A DNA stretch of 64,000 nt from NCBI GenBank assembly GCA_964270895.1, contig OZ185435.1; one strand, 5' to 3'. The position numbers were made by a program, and so were the translations under genes. The notes beneath the pieces are model-generated. The model made no database searches. It saw only the letters and a list, made by a program, of their open reading frames with translations, and was not told where the DNA came from. Shown piece by piece: positions 25,009-38,731 of the stretch (positions are counted from its first letter, which is position 1; each line of letters begins with the position of its first letter). This DNA comes from Podarcis filfolensis (Eukaryota).

Positions 25009-25744
25009 TAGTTGCAGGATGAGTTCTTACAGCAGTTCATCAATTTCATAGTCTCCTGATTGTACACTAGCAACAAGGATATAATTATGGAACATTATTA
25101 CTCTGAAGAATTAAGTATATTTAATAAATGTTCATGTTTTAGAAATATATGAAGTTGCCCAACTTGCCAAAGTATGTAATCTTCCCTGGCCCTTAGTCAA
25201 GTGCTATACAATCACAGACAATCAGAGCCCTGCCCAGCTATAAATCTCACTGAATGGTGTTGGGCCAGTCATTATCTCTCAACCTAACCTCCCCACAGGG
25301 CTGATGAGGATAAAACAGCATAGCCCTATGTGTCTCTCTCTCGCTGAGCTTCTTGGATAGATGGTGGGATACAAAAGAAATGATAAATAAGTATATAATT
25401 ATGAAAATTCTTGGCATGTGACTTTCTTTTTCACACCAAAGTGTCTTAAAACATTCGGTGGCAGGTTTTGTAACTGTTTTTATAATTTGTGGCTAGGAAA
25501 ACCAATCTCTAATGCAGAGATTTTATATTTCTATGAAGAAACACAAACTTTGAGTGAATATATTTTTTTTATACAAACAATGCCTATAGAAACCAAAATG
25601 CAGGTACTTTCCTATGAAATGAAATGAGAATATCATATTGATGGGGGGAAAGTCAGTTCACAATAGAGCTATATAACCAAAAGCAGCCAAGAGGGTATTA
25701 AAGGTAAATTAAACTTTGGAAGAAGATATGTAGCTTGCAATATA

Positions 25745-26137
25745 CCGTATTTTTCGCCCCATAGGGCGCACCAGCCCATAGGGTGCACCTAGTTTTTTTG
25801 GGGGGGGGGGAAATAAAGAAAAAAAAATTATTTCCCCCCCCCCAGACGTGGGGCTGGGGCAGGGGAAGCCCGAGCTTTCCCCGACCCCAGCCCCCAGAAC
25901 AGGCTGCTATCCGCAAGCTGTGGGAGAGCTGCGCGAAGCTCGAAGCCTGGGGCGTGCTGCGTTCCATGGCTTGCGGATAGCTTCCTAAAGCCTGGAGAGC
26001 GAGAGGGGTCGGTGCGCACCGACCCCTCTCGCTCTCCAGGCTTCAGTGAAAGCCTGCATTCGCCCCATAGGACGCACACACATTTCCCCTTCATTTTTGG
26101 AGGGGGAAAAGTGCGTCCTATAGGGCAAAAAATACGG
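25745..26137. mobile_element. Tigger-like MITE with GC-rich core
   Basis: TA|CCGTATTTTTCGCCCCATAGG ... CCTATAGGGCAAAAAATACGG|TA. Confidence 0.88.
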
Positions 26138-27647
26138 TAAATCCTCTGCATTATTTGATGCGAATTCTGGAGCTTGCATTGAGACTCACCACACAATACA
26201 GAGGATTTGCATGGTAAATATTACATGTTGCAGCCATTACGTGTATTCTTGGAAGACTTGACATTGGGGCAGTATCATATAAACCAGCTCTCAGGCTTCC
26301 TCAGCTAAAGGCAGAGGACCTGAGAAGCACAAGGAAAGTTGGCTTATTTAGTTTCTTGCATTTTTATATCTCACCCTTGTTCCATCATGGAACCCAAAGC
26401 AAACACCCATTCAAGGGTTAATCCAAACCTGCTTAGCTTTGGGGTAGCCTCATGTACTTCCGACCATAAGCTGGGACCAGTTCTATCATAGTGATAGGCA
26501 TCAACGGAATGACTTTGGGACATCACAATGGGTTAAGCCATGTAACTTACTGAAAGACAGTATACTGACAGGATCTGAAATCTTGATATTCCATTAACTG
26601 TGCTTGACATAGGGTCTTTCCACATTTGGAATAGTTTGGCTGCCACTATCCCATGCTGCTCGCAATTACAATTTCTACCCTTAAGTCTATAATGGTGGTT
26701 ATATATATCAAAATGGGGTTGATGCCACCAGTATGGACCATACTGGCAAATGACCTTCTAAGGTCAATCATTAAAAGGAGACAAAAGAACAATCTGTGTT
26801 TTTTTTAAAAAATGATCGAACTTTCTGTTTATTTAATATAGTCTGCTAATGAAGACTGAAGTAATATTTTTTCTCCCTTGCACGTTTTGCTTTGTACATC
26901 CTATCAAAAGTTCATCCTGTTCATTTCTCTCATGCAGATTCATAGCATGATGGTCTAACAGCCCCTCTGGGAATGAGTACTGCAGTGATGACAATTTTAA
27001 CAGCCCAGACTAGCTGGGCACATAGGCTTTAAATCAATCTTATCCGTAGCTGTTCCCATGCAACGCCGCATTGCGTCAGCGCCGCACAAGGTGTTTTTGA
27101 GAGTGGCTCCTTGTTTTATTTAACTAAGAAGAAGGCGGCTGCAACTTAAAACACATTTTTCTCCTTCTTGAGAAAACAAGTAACACATTTGAAAATCCAA
27201 TTTCCCTCATTGTTCAGAATCCCTTGAGCAATGTGTAACAAATTAAAAGAGTAAATAGGATCTTCAGCTGCGATCAAAACATGACCTTCCTGCACCCATC
27301 TTAAACAACTCGTTTTTTAACATCATAAAGGTAAGACAGGTTTCACAAGCATTAGCTTTAGCTAGGAGTGTGGCAGAACACTTGATGCCTTTGTAGCACC
27401 TTTCTTGCGCCCGAATGTCAAAGAAACGAATGAAGAAAACCATCAAAGGGGGATTTTAGTATTGCGGCAGCTGGGCTCCTGAATTAGATGCACCACTCAC
27501 CGCTAGCCACATTCAGATTTATTCATTTCAACCATTTATATACTGCTCGACACCTTAGTCTCCAAGCAGTGCACAGTAAAGTTAAAAAGAAACATTGAAG
27601 ATAAAATCAGTTAAAATGAAACTTACTTTAAAATGCCTGCTGAAATA

Positions 27648-27693
<46 letters not shown>
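27648..27693. repeat. (AAT)n microsatellite
   Basis: Direct reading. Confidence 0.95.
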
Positions 27694-28254
27694 GCTCTTC
27701 ACTAGGTGCCAGAAGTTCAACAGATCATCCTGCTTCCCACAGTGAGTGACCACCAAGCAGATGCCTCTGGAAAGCCCACAAACAGGGTTTGTAGGGAAAT
27801 TACCCTTTGCCACTGTCGGCTCTCTAGGAGCTGAGAATCAGTGCCACGGCATCTCTGAATCAGTGTTAGAAACTCAGATCTATTAAGCTCGGCACCAAAC
27901 GGCTCCTTGAACCAGGGTTACAGTCACCAAAACGGAATGCCTAGCTGCCATTTTTGGGCCAGGTAGCTCAAAAGTCGCATTTTTCAATACCACTTTTTGG
28001 TTCCTGAAATTCATTCCAATTGTGCAGATAAAATATATAACGGATAGAATTCTACAGGATGTGTTGCTGGTGTGTGAAAACAAACAAGATTCAAGGATCC
28101 CCAAGGCACGCACCTCCAGATGGTGGAGAAGTTAGGTGCCATCCTGGCACCTGGGCACCTTCACTTGGTCGCAAGTGGCCAACAGCCAGGTGCAAAATGC
28201 ACCTGGAGAATTTTCGAACGCTGCTCTGAATATGGGGAATTCGTTTAGCTGACG

Positions 28255-28370
28255 TGCCTAATAGCTTACCGATAGACCTGTCCTTGAATTTGTCTAATAC
28301 CCACTTTTTAAAGTCATCTAAACTTGTGGCCATCACTAAGCCTGATTTACACCACATGAACATCACCTTG
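28255..28370 (-). mobile_element. CR1 extreme 3' fragment
   Basis: Minus translation GLVMATSLDDFKKWVLDKFKDRSI. Confidence 0.65.
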
Positions 28371-29778
28371 CAGCCCCCAGCTACAGCTGCTAGTTCTGTT
28401 TCTTTTCCTGTGTCTTTTAACAACATGCACAGCGGGCCGAAGTTCAGCAGCTGAACGTTTTCTCAGCAAGGAGATATTGTACTGGGAAAAGCTTCGCCCA
28501 GGCCCAGTATCAGTATGTAACATCCTTGAACAGCCGCTGGGGCTGTGGTACTCCACTGCTGACATCTGTCCTGCGCCCTCCCTTACATTTTTCTGCTGAC
28601 AGGCAGGTCTGCAATCGGTGCCAGATACCACCATTTGCATTCCCCACAATGCCCCTCATACAGCATGGTGCTGCCTTGAGCTGATTTAGCATCTGCCATT
28701 TTTCCTGCTACCAACGCCCTCAGACCTGAAACTACCAAATATAAATATACAAGAGCACGCCATTTCCCCCCCAAAACAAAAAAAAAAAACCCCAGTCATC
28801 AAGCCTGCTAGAAACTGAATCTGTTAGCATCTGTTGAAAAAGTAGATGTCAGGAGATATGCAAGTTCTGTGGTATTTGATCTGTGGTGGCAGTTTCAACC
28901 ATACATTGCATGAGGGGCATGTAGGTCTTGTCCCCAAAGCAACATTCCTACTAAGGGTACTTTGTTGTCTACCTACAGGAGCCTAAGACTAAATCCATTT
29001 ATTCCAATGAGTTTACTCCAAGTATGACTAATGTTGGGTCTCACTCAATTTTATGTTTGAACAAAATCACATCCAGTGAGACCACACATTCTTCTGATCC
29101 AGGGATGTAACTGTTCAAACACATTGGCCTATATCCAACCTGAGTCACACCTGCAGTGCAACCAAGGAACTTATACCCATTCATTTTAGTGGATCAGCTC
29201 TGCCTATGACTTAGCTGGATATGACCCACTGATGCCAATCTACAAATTCAGATTTAAAAAATCCTGTGGGATTGGTTCCATTCTTAGAGTAGACCCACTG
29301 AAATCAATGGGACTTAAATTGAGTAATGGTTAACTTGGGTCCCATTTATTTCTGTTGTTACACTCTAAACATGTGTTATGGCTTTTATGGAGCTGTGCAA
29401 CTTCATTACAGAGATGGGAAGTTACAAGCTTAGAAGATCCCCAATTAAAAAAGCAAAAAACAAACCCACGTGGAAAAGAGAAAGGAGAAAACCTAGCTCC
29501 CACTAATGCAATTTTTCCATAAACAATGAAGTGGTTTTGTTTTAACTTTATAAATTAAGTATATTGTACATTTAAACAACAGAAAACAGTTGCACATAAC
29601 ATACTGAAAACTTTCAGAAGACAAATGCACAAGCGCTAGAGTAAATACCTCAAATGATAATTAAATAGTAACTGCTGGTAATATGTGCCACATGCCCTCA
29701 CTGGTATTTAAAAGGTCGTTAGGGACTGTAGCTCTTTCGGATTTCCATTTGTCAAATTCAGAAAATGCCAATACCTAC

Positions 29779-29879
29779 TCAAAATAGAGAGTGAGGTCTG
29801 TTGCCAATATTGACTTCTTCAGAAGCTGCATAAGGTCACTGTAATCCTTGGAGGACAAGTTAGCAAAGATGTTGTGACC
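29779..29879 (-). CDS. PDE11A: PDE11A coding exon (about exon 15), GHNIFANLSSKDYSDLMQLLKKSILATDLTLYF(E)
   Basis: 101 nt, phase 0/2. Acceptor ttatag|GGT, donor GA|gtaggt. Contains the ILATDL motif. Not in the supplied ORF track; found by manual reading. Confidence 0.97.
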
Positions 29880-30989
29880 CTATAATGAAAGAGATAGCAA
29901 AGCTAAATAGCTTAGAATCAATAGACTGTTTTTGAAAGGTTTTCCAATAGCTCTGCAATGTGTGTCATTATTACAGCAAATCTCTCTTTTTATTATGCAT
30001 ACTGAAATCATGACAAAAATATTTTCATCGGCCACTTCAATTAAGAGGTTTCCCCAGATTTTTCTGCTATACTGAAATTATGGGCAATTAAAAAAAAGGA
30101 TTATGCACGTAAATGTAATATATGTAACTGATGAATGACATACCTCCTTTCCCCCTTTTTCTTTTTGCAAATGCCTTTGAGACTATACTTTAGAGAGGTC
30201 TACAGGCGACAACAGATTGCTGTTAGGCTGTTGGCCCAATGCTAAAGATGTTACATGGACATAATTTCCAGTGGTTTCAGTGGATTTTAGTTTTCCCTCT
30301 TAAGTATGCTAGGAATTACACTGCACATCTATTTCTAGGTTATTCTTCCCCTTTCTGAGGTATATGCGTGTACTTCTCTTTGCAGGCTTGCAGCTTATGT
30401 GTGAAAAGAACAGCCCAGAAATAAACATCTGGCTGTCTGCCTCAGCTTACCTATAAAAAGAAACTACTTGTGAATAAGAGCCCTAGCTTGCCAATTCAGG
30501 GAACATTGTGGGAAAGTTAGCACTACTTCAATGGGCTACCAAGTATATGGAGAAACCGGGGCTCTCAAAACCAAAGGCAATGTCATCCCCCCCCCCCGAA
30601 AGGTGACACCGAGCACAAGGAAACCTGAAATCAAGGCACACATTGGTTTCCCACCCAGTTCTTTCTGCAAAACAAATGTAAATACACATGGAGAGTATTA
30701 CTGTTTATTTTTAAAAATCTTTTTAGGATGGACCTGCTTGCTACTGCCAGCATGTCCTGTGATTTACCAGTAAACGCAGAATGGTCAAACACTGGCCCAG
30801 TTCGCACATATTTCTAAGTCACAGTTAATGTTAACCATAGCTAGTAAACCACAGTTAATGCTGGCACATATGACAGATGATCACTTAAATATTGGTTCAT
30901 TCCATCCCTCCAATAGAGGAAGCACAACCCAGAAGAACCATTCTCCATTTGTGGATTTTGGGCAATGGTGGTGGCTACTTAACCAATGT

Positions 30990-31480
30990 CAAGGAGGAGA
31001 TCAGGGTTCGGACATGTGCAATCTATTGTGTGGCAACTCAGGACAGGGCCTTCTCTGTGGTGGCATCCCAGTTGTACAATTCCCTTCCTCAGAGGTATAA
31101 CAGGAACTATCGGGTCACATCCACCACACATTTAAAGCATCAAGTTCTGGGAATTGTGGTTTACCCATTACAGAGCTACAATTCTCAGCACACTTAACAA
31201 ACTACAGTTTCCAAGAGTCTTTGGAGGAAACCAACGTGTCTTAAATGTAAGTATGTATGTGAGATTTATTTGCTCTTTGTACTGGTTGAGGGAGGTTGAT
31301 CTGTTAAGGCCAGCTGTAATGGATGGGATGCTTGTTGTCTTTATAATATAGTTTGATTTCAACTTGGTTTTAAATTGTTATATTGCATTTTCTAGCTTTA
31401 ACGTACAGGTGTTTATGTTTGTAAGCCACCCAGGGACAATATTTCATGAACGGTGGTTAAAAAAGAATAAATAAATGTAT
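30990..31480 (+). mobile_element. Older L2 3' fragment interrupted by a small MITE
   Basis: TQDRAFSVVASQLYNSLP, then a tail tgtaagccacccaggg...aataaataaat. Confidence 0.6.
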
Positions 31481-32921
31481 TATTTATGCAAAGTACATTA
31501 AGCACCTGAACAGATCAATCCTGGGCATGTTTACTCAGAATTAGGTCCCACTGTGCTTAATGGAGCTTGATCCAAGGTAAGCATGTATATAGGATTATAG
31601 CCTTAGTAATTGTGAGTTAGAGAAAGACAATATGCTTTTTTAGTTTGCATATGTTTACTATTATCAAGATCAGGTTTTCAACATATTTGGATTTGGCAAG
31701 AAGCAGTGTTAACTGAAGCAAACAGAAAAAGCAAGAGAACGTATGAGCTGGGACCCAGAATAAAATTAAGAATTTGGCACATGTGAAGGCGTTTACAAAC
31801 GTACCATGCTTCTCACCCTCACCAGACTCAACAGGGAGACCTCATACTGTGTCAGAAAATGTTTCTAAGCCCTCAAATCTCAAGAGTGGTTCAGTGGCCA
31901 ATGCAGAAGGGCAGGCTCTCAACAGAAAGAAGGAACTTGGAAGTCCCAATATATTTATAGAACATTTGGGGCATGACTCTTTGGATCAAGACCAAGGGTA
32001 TATAAAGATTGGAACCAGCTCAAAAGTTATGGCCATCATAAACAGCTGCTAAGTGAAAGCATTATTTATTTCACACTTGGGTGTGTGTGTGGGGGGGGGA
32101 AGCTTACGAAGAAAAACCACATCATTACCAACCTTTCTTTATATAAAGCCAATTGATAGTTTAATCTGTAAAACCAACCTGTAAAATGTACATGAGACTG
32201 CATCATCCTTGGTATTTCTTTGTTGGTCTTAGCAGAAAAAACATTCACACAGAATTTTATTTTATTTTTACAGTGTCATCTTTAAAAGCCTGCTTAGTGC
32301 TGATGAAGGAGGATGTTAGAGAGGAAAAACCTATCAATAGTTTACCACACACACACACACACACACACACCAATAGTTTTGTGTTTTCTGACTTGATGGG
32401 CTTATTTACTATGAATACCAAGAAGGCTGTAGAAAGATTGTATCATAGACTTACTGCATTAATCAAGACAGAGGCAATGTTAGTCTATATTCTGGGGGGA
32501 AATGTATTTATGATGCAGAACATTTACTAGACTACTGTGGTTCTGATGGTGTAAACAACAAAAGTCAGAAACTTTTCAATCACATTCCAGGCTGTTTGGA
32601 TTTGTTTAACTTTTTTTGACACAGGGAGCCAATGTTATATATTTAACAGTTTTATAGCCCACTTTTCAAGCAACAAAGCAGCTTACAAACAATGCATAAA
32701 CATAAATACAATATAATTTAAAATTATACATGCCTTTTCACAAAACCCAATGACATATGTATCAAAGGAATCTGGAGTGGAACTCAGGATCCCTTTTCTA
32801 CCAGTTTGCAAAGAAAGGGAAAAGTAATAGATGCATTGAACTGATAAAAGAAAAGCAGGTTTATTTTAGATACTTATATTTACATAAGGAGAAGAGGTTG
32901 GGCATTCTGCTGGCTTTGTAC

Positions 32922-33012
32922 CTCACTCTGAAGAATCATGACAGCGTGGTTAAAATGATGGTGCTCCAGAGTAGCAGAAGTCCCGTAGAGCTGAGCCAAG
33001 GCAGATCCAATC
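32922..33012 (-). CDS. PDE11A: PDE11A coding exon (about exon 14), (K)IGSALAQLYGTSATLEHHHFNHAVMILQSE
   Basis: 91 nt, phase 2/0. Acceptor ccccag|G, donor GAG|gtacaa. Contains the LEHHH motif and is in frame with its neighbours. Confidence 0.97.
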
Positions 33013-36000
33013 CTGGGGGGAAAATGCAACACACACAAAGGAGCCACACTGATTCTTTCCACATATCATCTCGTCCAAACCCTGGCTCAGTGCAGGATCT
33101 GCAACTACAGCATCACTGCTGGCTGATGGTTACTGACCTTCTGCCAAAATACCTCCAGCAAAGGAGAGAAACGCTACTCTGTTTTACCACTCATGAGTTC
33201 CTCTTTCCAAAACCCCCAGCCATGCTACAGCAAACGGTGAGAGAAGAGGGCATCCCGGCTGCGCCATGGTTTAAATTTCCCGCAGCCACACCCCCTACCG
33301 GCGCTGATTGGACAGCAGGGCCACCCCTGGGCGTGCCCCTGGCCAGCGCCAGCAAGAGGGGAGCGTCAATCTCTGCCCCCCGCCGGATCTCCGCAGGGTC
33401 CCCGGATGCCTGGCCGCAACGCCACCCACCAGAAAAGGTGACCAGACTTCAAAACAGGTTGTGTTTTGCTACAGGGGCAGTCAGCTAGACACTATGTCCA
33501 TTTTAAGCCACTGTGCTGATCACCACCATCTTACCCAAAGTTAGCAGACAACAGCAAGGCCTGTTAGCCCAATCTAGGATCATGTACTGAAAATGTTGGA
33601 ATATAGGCTACAATTCTGATCTTTTGGTGAATGTTCCTCAGACCAGTGGTTTTAAGGAGGAGCATATACCCAGAGTCGTACACTCTGAAGGGGTGGAGCA
33701 AAACCTTATAGAAAACCCTGGTTGCCTCCTCTCCTGCAGTCAGCCTGCCTTGTCTTTAACTCAGCAGCATTGCAAGTCCCTCCCTACAAGAAACACAAAC
33801 TTTTCCCCACTTAAGCCAGATCCATCTGTATCAGCAGTACACCAGAACTGCCAAGCCATTTTTATACACTTGGTCAGTTCACTTAGGACATGAGGAGGAG
33901 TCAGCCGCCATTTTGTTTCAGTAAGAGAGGAAAGGAAAAGACCATCACAACTTCACAGGTATTGTCTCACAGTGAAATCTCTGCAAAGTGGAAAAATATT
34001 GTTCTTCAGTCTTTTTTGCTGGCTCTGATGAGAAGATGATGGAGGTGGCACCAGAAAATAACTCGGCTGTTTAACAGAATATCTGCTTAAGACAGGGAAA
34101 AGGTTGAAGCTCTTCCCCCCTGCCTCCTCAAATGCAAACTTCCTTGCCCAAAGAAAACTGCAGGCCGCAATCCTATACACACTTGTCTGAGAATCTTCCT
34201 TCATATAGTAGGACTTTTGAGAAAATATGCATGGGATTACACAATTTCCCCCCTCTCTTCTGATCAGTGGGTTTTATGAAAGAATTTCTCTCCTGTGTTG
34301 GTAACTTACTGTTGTTGCCAGCACAACAGTAAACACAGCAGCAAAAAAAGGATTTGCATCACATAAACACTTCTTTTTTCTTTAGCCAATCAAGATGGCA
34401 CCATATCAATAGCATTCAGGATCAACAAAGAGAAAAGCTAAGGCAGTAAGAGAAGCAGAGACAGGCAAGCAATGAAGGGTTTTAGAGAAATACACTTTTG
34501 TTGCACAAAAGAAATGGGGGGAGGGGGGACCAGTCCCTGATTCACAAGAACAATATGCAGACACTGGGCTGCCTCACACTGTGTCACAAGTGTCACCCCA
34601 GTTTGTGTAGTATTAGCATTATTCTCACTGTACCTGTTGCATCTAGTGATAGGCCATTTTAAAAGTTGAAATTGATTTTTAAAAATACATCTGCGCTCTT
34701 CTGTGTTCCAAAAACATCTAGTAGGGTTAGCTCTGGTTTCAGCTGAACGTAAGATTGGAAAAGACTTGGATTACTATTACAGTGATTTGATTGAGGGCCC
34801 TGCTCCCAGGAAGCCTCAAAAGAGTTCATTTCATTAAAAAGGGTAGTAGACAATTGACTCTTAAATGATTAATCACTATACTCTTTATTTATCAGTGAAC
34901 TGGCTATCACCAATTCACCATATGTGCCTCCTACCATATCATCTTAGAATTTTCTTTTGTGAGACAGGGGGTTGCATTTGTTTACATAAGAGTATCACAT
35001 ATGGAGCTAATGGCTTGTTTCTTTTTTATTTATGATTTATAGTCATGTTCTTACAGTGCTGTGTTGATGTACTGCATGAAGTAATATTCTCCACTCCAGT
35101 TACAATAAAAATTGACCGCAATAAATGCATTATGAGACATTTATCCATACTTTCATTGCAGTTTCTTGTATAGAATTAAGTGACGTGTTATTGTGCCTGA
35201 CTTGCTTACAATCCTTTAAGGGGCCTCAAATGACTCTCTTGCCCACCACCCCCAAAACCCTAGGGTCACCTCGGAATGACTTTCCTAAAGTAGCTCCTGT
35301 TTGATATACAATAGAAATGCTCTCTTGGACCACAGGTGCTTTATATACTCTTATTATAATAAATGAAGTTTTCTACATAAAGGAGAGTTGTATACATGTA
35401 GGGCACATACATTAAAAGATGCACAAAATATACAGTCATAAATCATATATATCCACACACACTTTTAGGGTGGATGCAGCAATTACCTTTGTTATGTGTA
35501 AAGATACTATTAATACTATGTAAGCAAAATTTGCAAAGGGGAGGCGAGACATACAAAAAGTCTAGTGCCAATTACAACTTCATTCTTAATGTAAGCAGCA
35601 GCATATAGTAATAAACATGCTACAGTGAACAAGAAAATAGAATGGCATGAAAATGTAGCACCATCAGCACCATGTGTATCTACTCAAAAGTAACTCACAC
35701 TGAATTCAATGGGGCTTACTCCCTGGTAAGCATGTACAGGACTGCAGCCTAACAGTGCAATCGCACACATGTTTACTTTGAAGTAGAGATGGGGGAATAT
35801 TTGGTTTGTTCGCATTTTAATGCAAACCTATTTAATTCACACTTCCTGAAGCAACGCACTGAAACACAGCTGTCTCTTGAAATTCACATGTCTACAAATT
35901 TTGCAGTGCTGTTCTCCAACCCAGAAATACGGGCAAACGTGTGTAAAATAGGGGACAGTGTGCATAAAAATGCACATTAGTGAAAACATTAAATGAAAGT

Positions 36001-36288
36001 GCATCATATTAAGGAAAATTGCTTGCAAAATGTGTTTATTAGTGAAAATTGTATAGAAATGTGTTTATTAGGAGAAATGGTGACGTATTTTCATTAGGAC
36101 TTTTTAAAAGATTCACAAACGGATGTTAAAATACGTCAAACTGAACCTAACACTGGAAAAAGGAAAAACAGAATAACTGAAATTTGCAGATGCATCCATT
36201 GCTACTTTGACTTAAGCCCAACTATATTCATGGAGCTTACTCCCTAGTAAGCATGTTTAGGATTGCCTTCTAAAGTATGGGTACTGCG

Positions 36289-36293
<5 letters not shown>

Positions 36294-36323
<30 letters not shown>
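36294..36323. repeat. (TG)n microsatellite
   Basis: Direct reading. Confidence 0.95.
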
Positions 36324-36329
<6 letters not shown>

Positions 36330-38222
36330 GTAAGTGTGTGTGTGTTGCACATCATTTAAAATGCTAAGTTCAACCATTAAAGGGAAACTATGAAAAGTAA
36401 TTAAAAAAGTGAGAATTGTTCGAAGGTGAAAAGCAATGGAATTGGTCTGTCACAATAGATTAATGTACGCCAGCATTTCACTTCTGGGATGAAGCCTTAA
36501 GTGAAAAGATGGGGTTTGTCGTGGTAGTGGTGGTTGTTTTTTTGTTAAGAAATGAGAATAACAGATTATGCTAGGAAGGAATGGGGGTGGGTGGGTAAGG
36601 AGTCTCCTAGGAGCTTATACTACAAAGCTGCCCCATACTGATATTTAATCACCATGGGGCAGCTGTATTGGGGTGGGGTAGGATGACTGGGAATCCTAGT
36701 CCCCCAGAGAAAACCATGCTGCGATGTATTAACAGAGCAATTTCGGGGAGCTGTGATGCTGTTTTCAATCACATGCCTCTTGATCTTTCATCACACTCAA
36801 CCCTGGCACTTAAAAATAATGTTAGACTTGATTTTAGGAATGAGCATATGACAATAAATTGTGGAAGTTACAAGTCCTACAGCTGAAGCACTTGACGTGC
36901 TATGTCATGATGTGCCTTTTGTTTAAACTCTGCAGCGATTTCCACAGTATTATAGGAAGACTGTAAGCTCTCTAGACAAGCACAAGGGACAGCAAACAAC
37001 AAACGATAGCCTTTGATTGATGGGTTGGTTTCCTCTTTAAGATACCTTCCTTCTTTTCTTTTGAAAAGGCAAATTGTGCATCATCCCCACAGAAAAAAAC
37101 GGGACAGGCTAAACAGGGTTTTGTTTTGCTTTTTAAAGTCAAGTTGTCTGAGCAATGATTTATTAATCTATAATCGACCAGGGAATCTTGACAATTCAAA
37201 GGCCAGTTCACATGCAACTTTCTCCTTCACGTAGAAACACAAGCATGTACATCTTCACATATTTATTCTAGGCTCCAGCCACTTATGAAAAGGCTCTTAA
37301 GCCTGGCCGTAGGCTTGCCATATTTAGAAGAGCAAAAAAGAGGACACATTTGCCTACTTCTTCTTTTAACTATGGATCACTATCATGACTCTACCCATTA
37401 AAAAAAAGGATGTGTCCTGGAAAAAGAAGACATATGGCAACCCTAACTGGTTGCATTTAAACTAGCATTTTACTGTCGAGTAACAGGACTGGGGCAAGAC
37501 TTTTGCTGCCTGAGAAAGAGAATCAAATGGTGCCTCCCAAATCAATGCACACAGTCCCCAAGGTCATCCCACAAGCACCTCTTCCTCTCCCTGGCAGTAA
37601 AAGCACAATAATAGTATTGTTATAGATTTATAGGTGCTAGAAAGTAATTAAGGTCTGTAGTGTCAAAGCTAATTTCATTGGAGGCAATAGCCAGTGTATT
37701 TAAGAGGCCTGTTTGCTGCTGTTAATCCCCTGGAACTAGCATATGCAAAGGGTTAATTAACTTAGGCAAACTTCCTGACTTGTGTATCAGCCACTACCTT
37801 TAATTCTAGGCCATCAACATGTGTAAAAGCTAATTTCCTTTGGGGTAATGTCCCATTAGCAGGTCAAAATCCAGTCATAGTCGCAAGCACCACAGAAAAT
37901 GAGGAGGAAAAGAAATAAAATACTATTATCTATTTCTGGTTCCTCCTACAGCAACCGTTTGGGTGGAGGGTCATTTTAAAAACGCAGCACCTTTCCGGTT
38001 GCCTTACTATTTCCCATGGTTTAATAGAGCAGAACGTAAGCATGAGTTGGTTTGGCGGATTTACTTAAATTGTATCTCACCTTTCAATCCAGTAGTAACC
38101 TTGGCTTATATAAAATACTGTGTCTAAGGTAGGGTAGGATCAAGCTACAACAACAGGGTAGTGAAAGGGCAGATACTGTATATGCAAGCCCTCGCACTTA
38201 CCCAGGCAATTGATAGGTAATA

Positions 38223-38448
38223 CAGTGGTACCTCAGGTTAAGAACTTAATTCGTTCCGGAGGTCCGTTCTTAACCTGAAACTGTTCTTAACCTGAGGTAG
38301 CACTTTAGCTAATGGGGCCTCCCGCTGCCGCTGTAACACCGTTGCGCAATTTCTGCTCTCATCCTGAAGCAAAGTTCTTAACCTGAGGTATTATTTCTGG
38401 GTTAGCGGAGTCTGTAACCTGAAGCGTCTGTAACCCGAGGTACCACTG
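38223..38448 (+). mobile_element. Tigger-like MITE
   Basis: TA|CAGTGGTACCTC ... GAGGTACCACTG|TA. Confidence 0.9.
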
Positions 38449-38499
38449 TACCAGCCACCCTTTCTCAACATGTTGTGCCCTTTGCATGTTGGCAAACTA

Positions 38500-38731
38500 C
38501 AGTGGTACCCGGGTTACAAACACCTTGGGTTATAAACACTTCGGGTTACAGACTCCGCTAACCTGGAAGCAGTACCTCAGGTTAAGAACTTTACCTCAGG
38601 ATGAGAAAGGAAATCGTGTGGCAGCAGCAGCGGGAGGCCCCATTAGTGAAAGTGCGCCTCAGGTTAAGAACGGTTTCAGGTTAAGAACGGACCTCTGGAA
38701 CAAATTAAGTTTGTAACCAGAGGTACCACTG
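38500..38731 (-). mobile_element. Tigger-like MITE, inverted copy of the 38223 family
   Basis: Same TIRs. Internal sequence is the reverse complement of 38223-38448. Confidence 0.9.

Noticed and set aside
32757-33488. Longest listed ORF (243 aa, plus strand)
   Set aside because: It is antisense to a PDE11A exon and runs into a GC-rich patch. No recognisable domain.
33953-34204. 83-aa sense-strand ORF MKEDSQ... as an alternative first exon
   Set aside because: No homology recognised. The putative donor (ACT|gtgaga) is phase 0 while the next exon needs phase 2.
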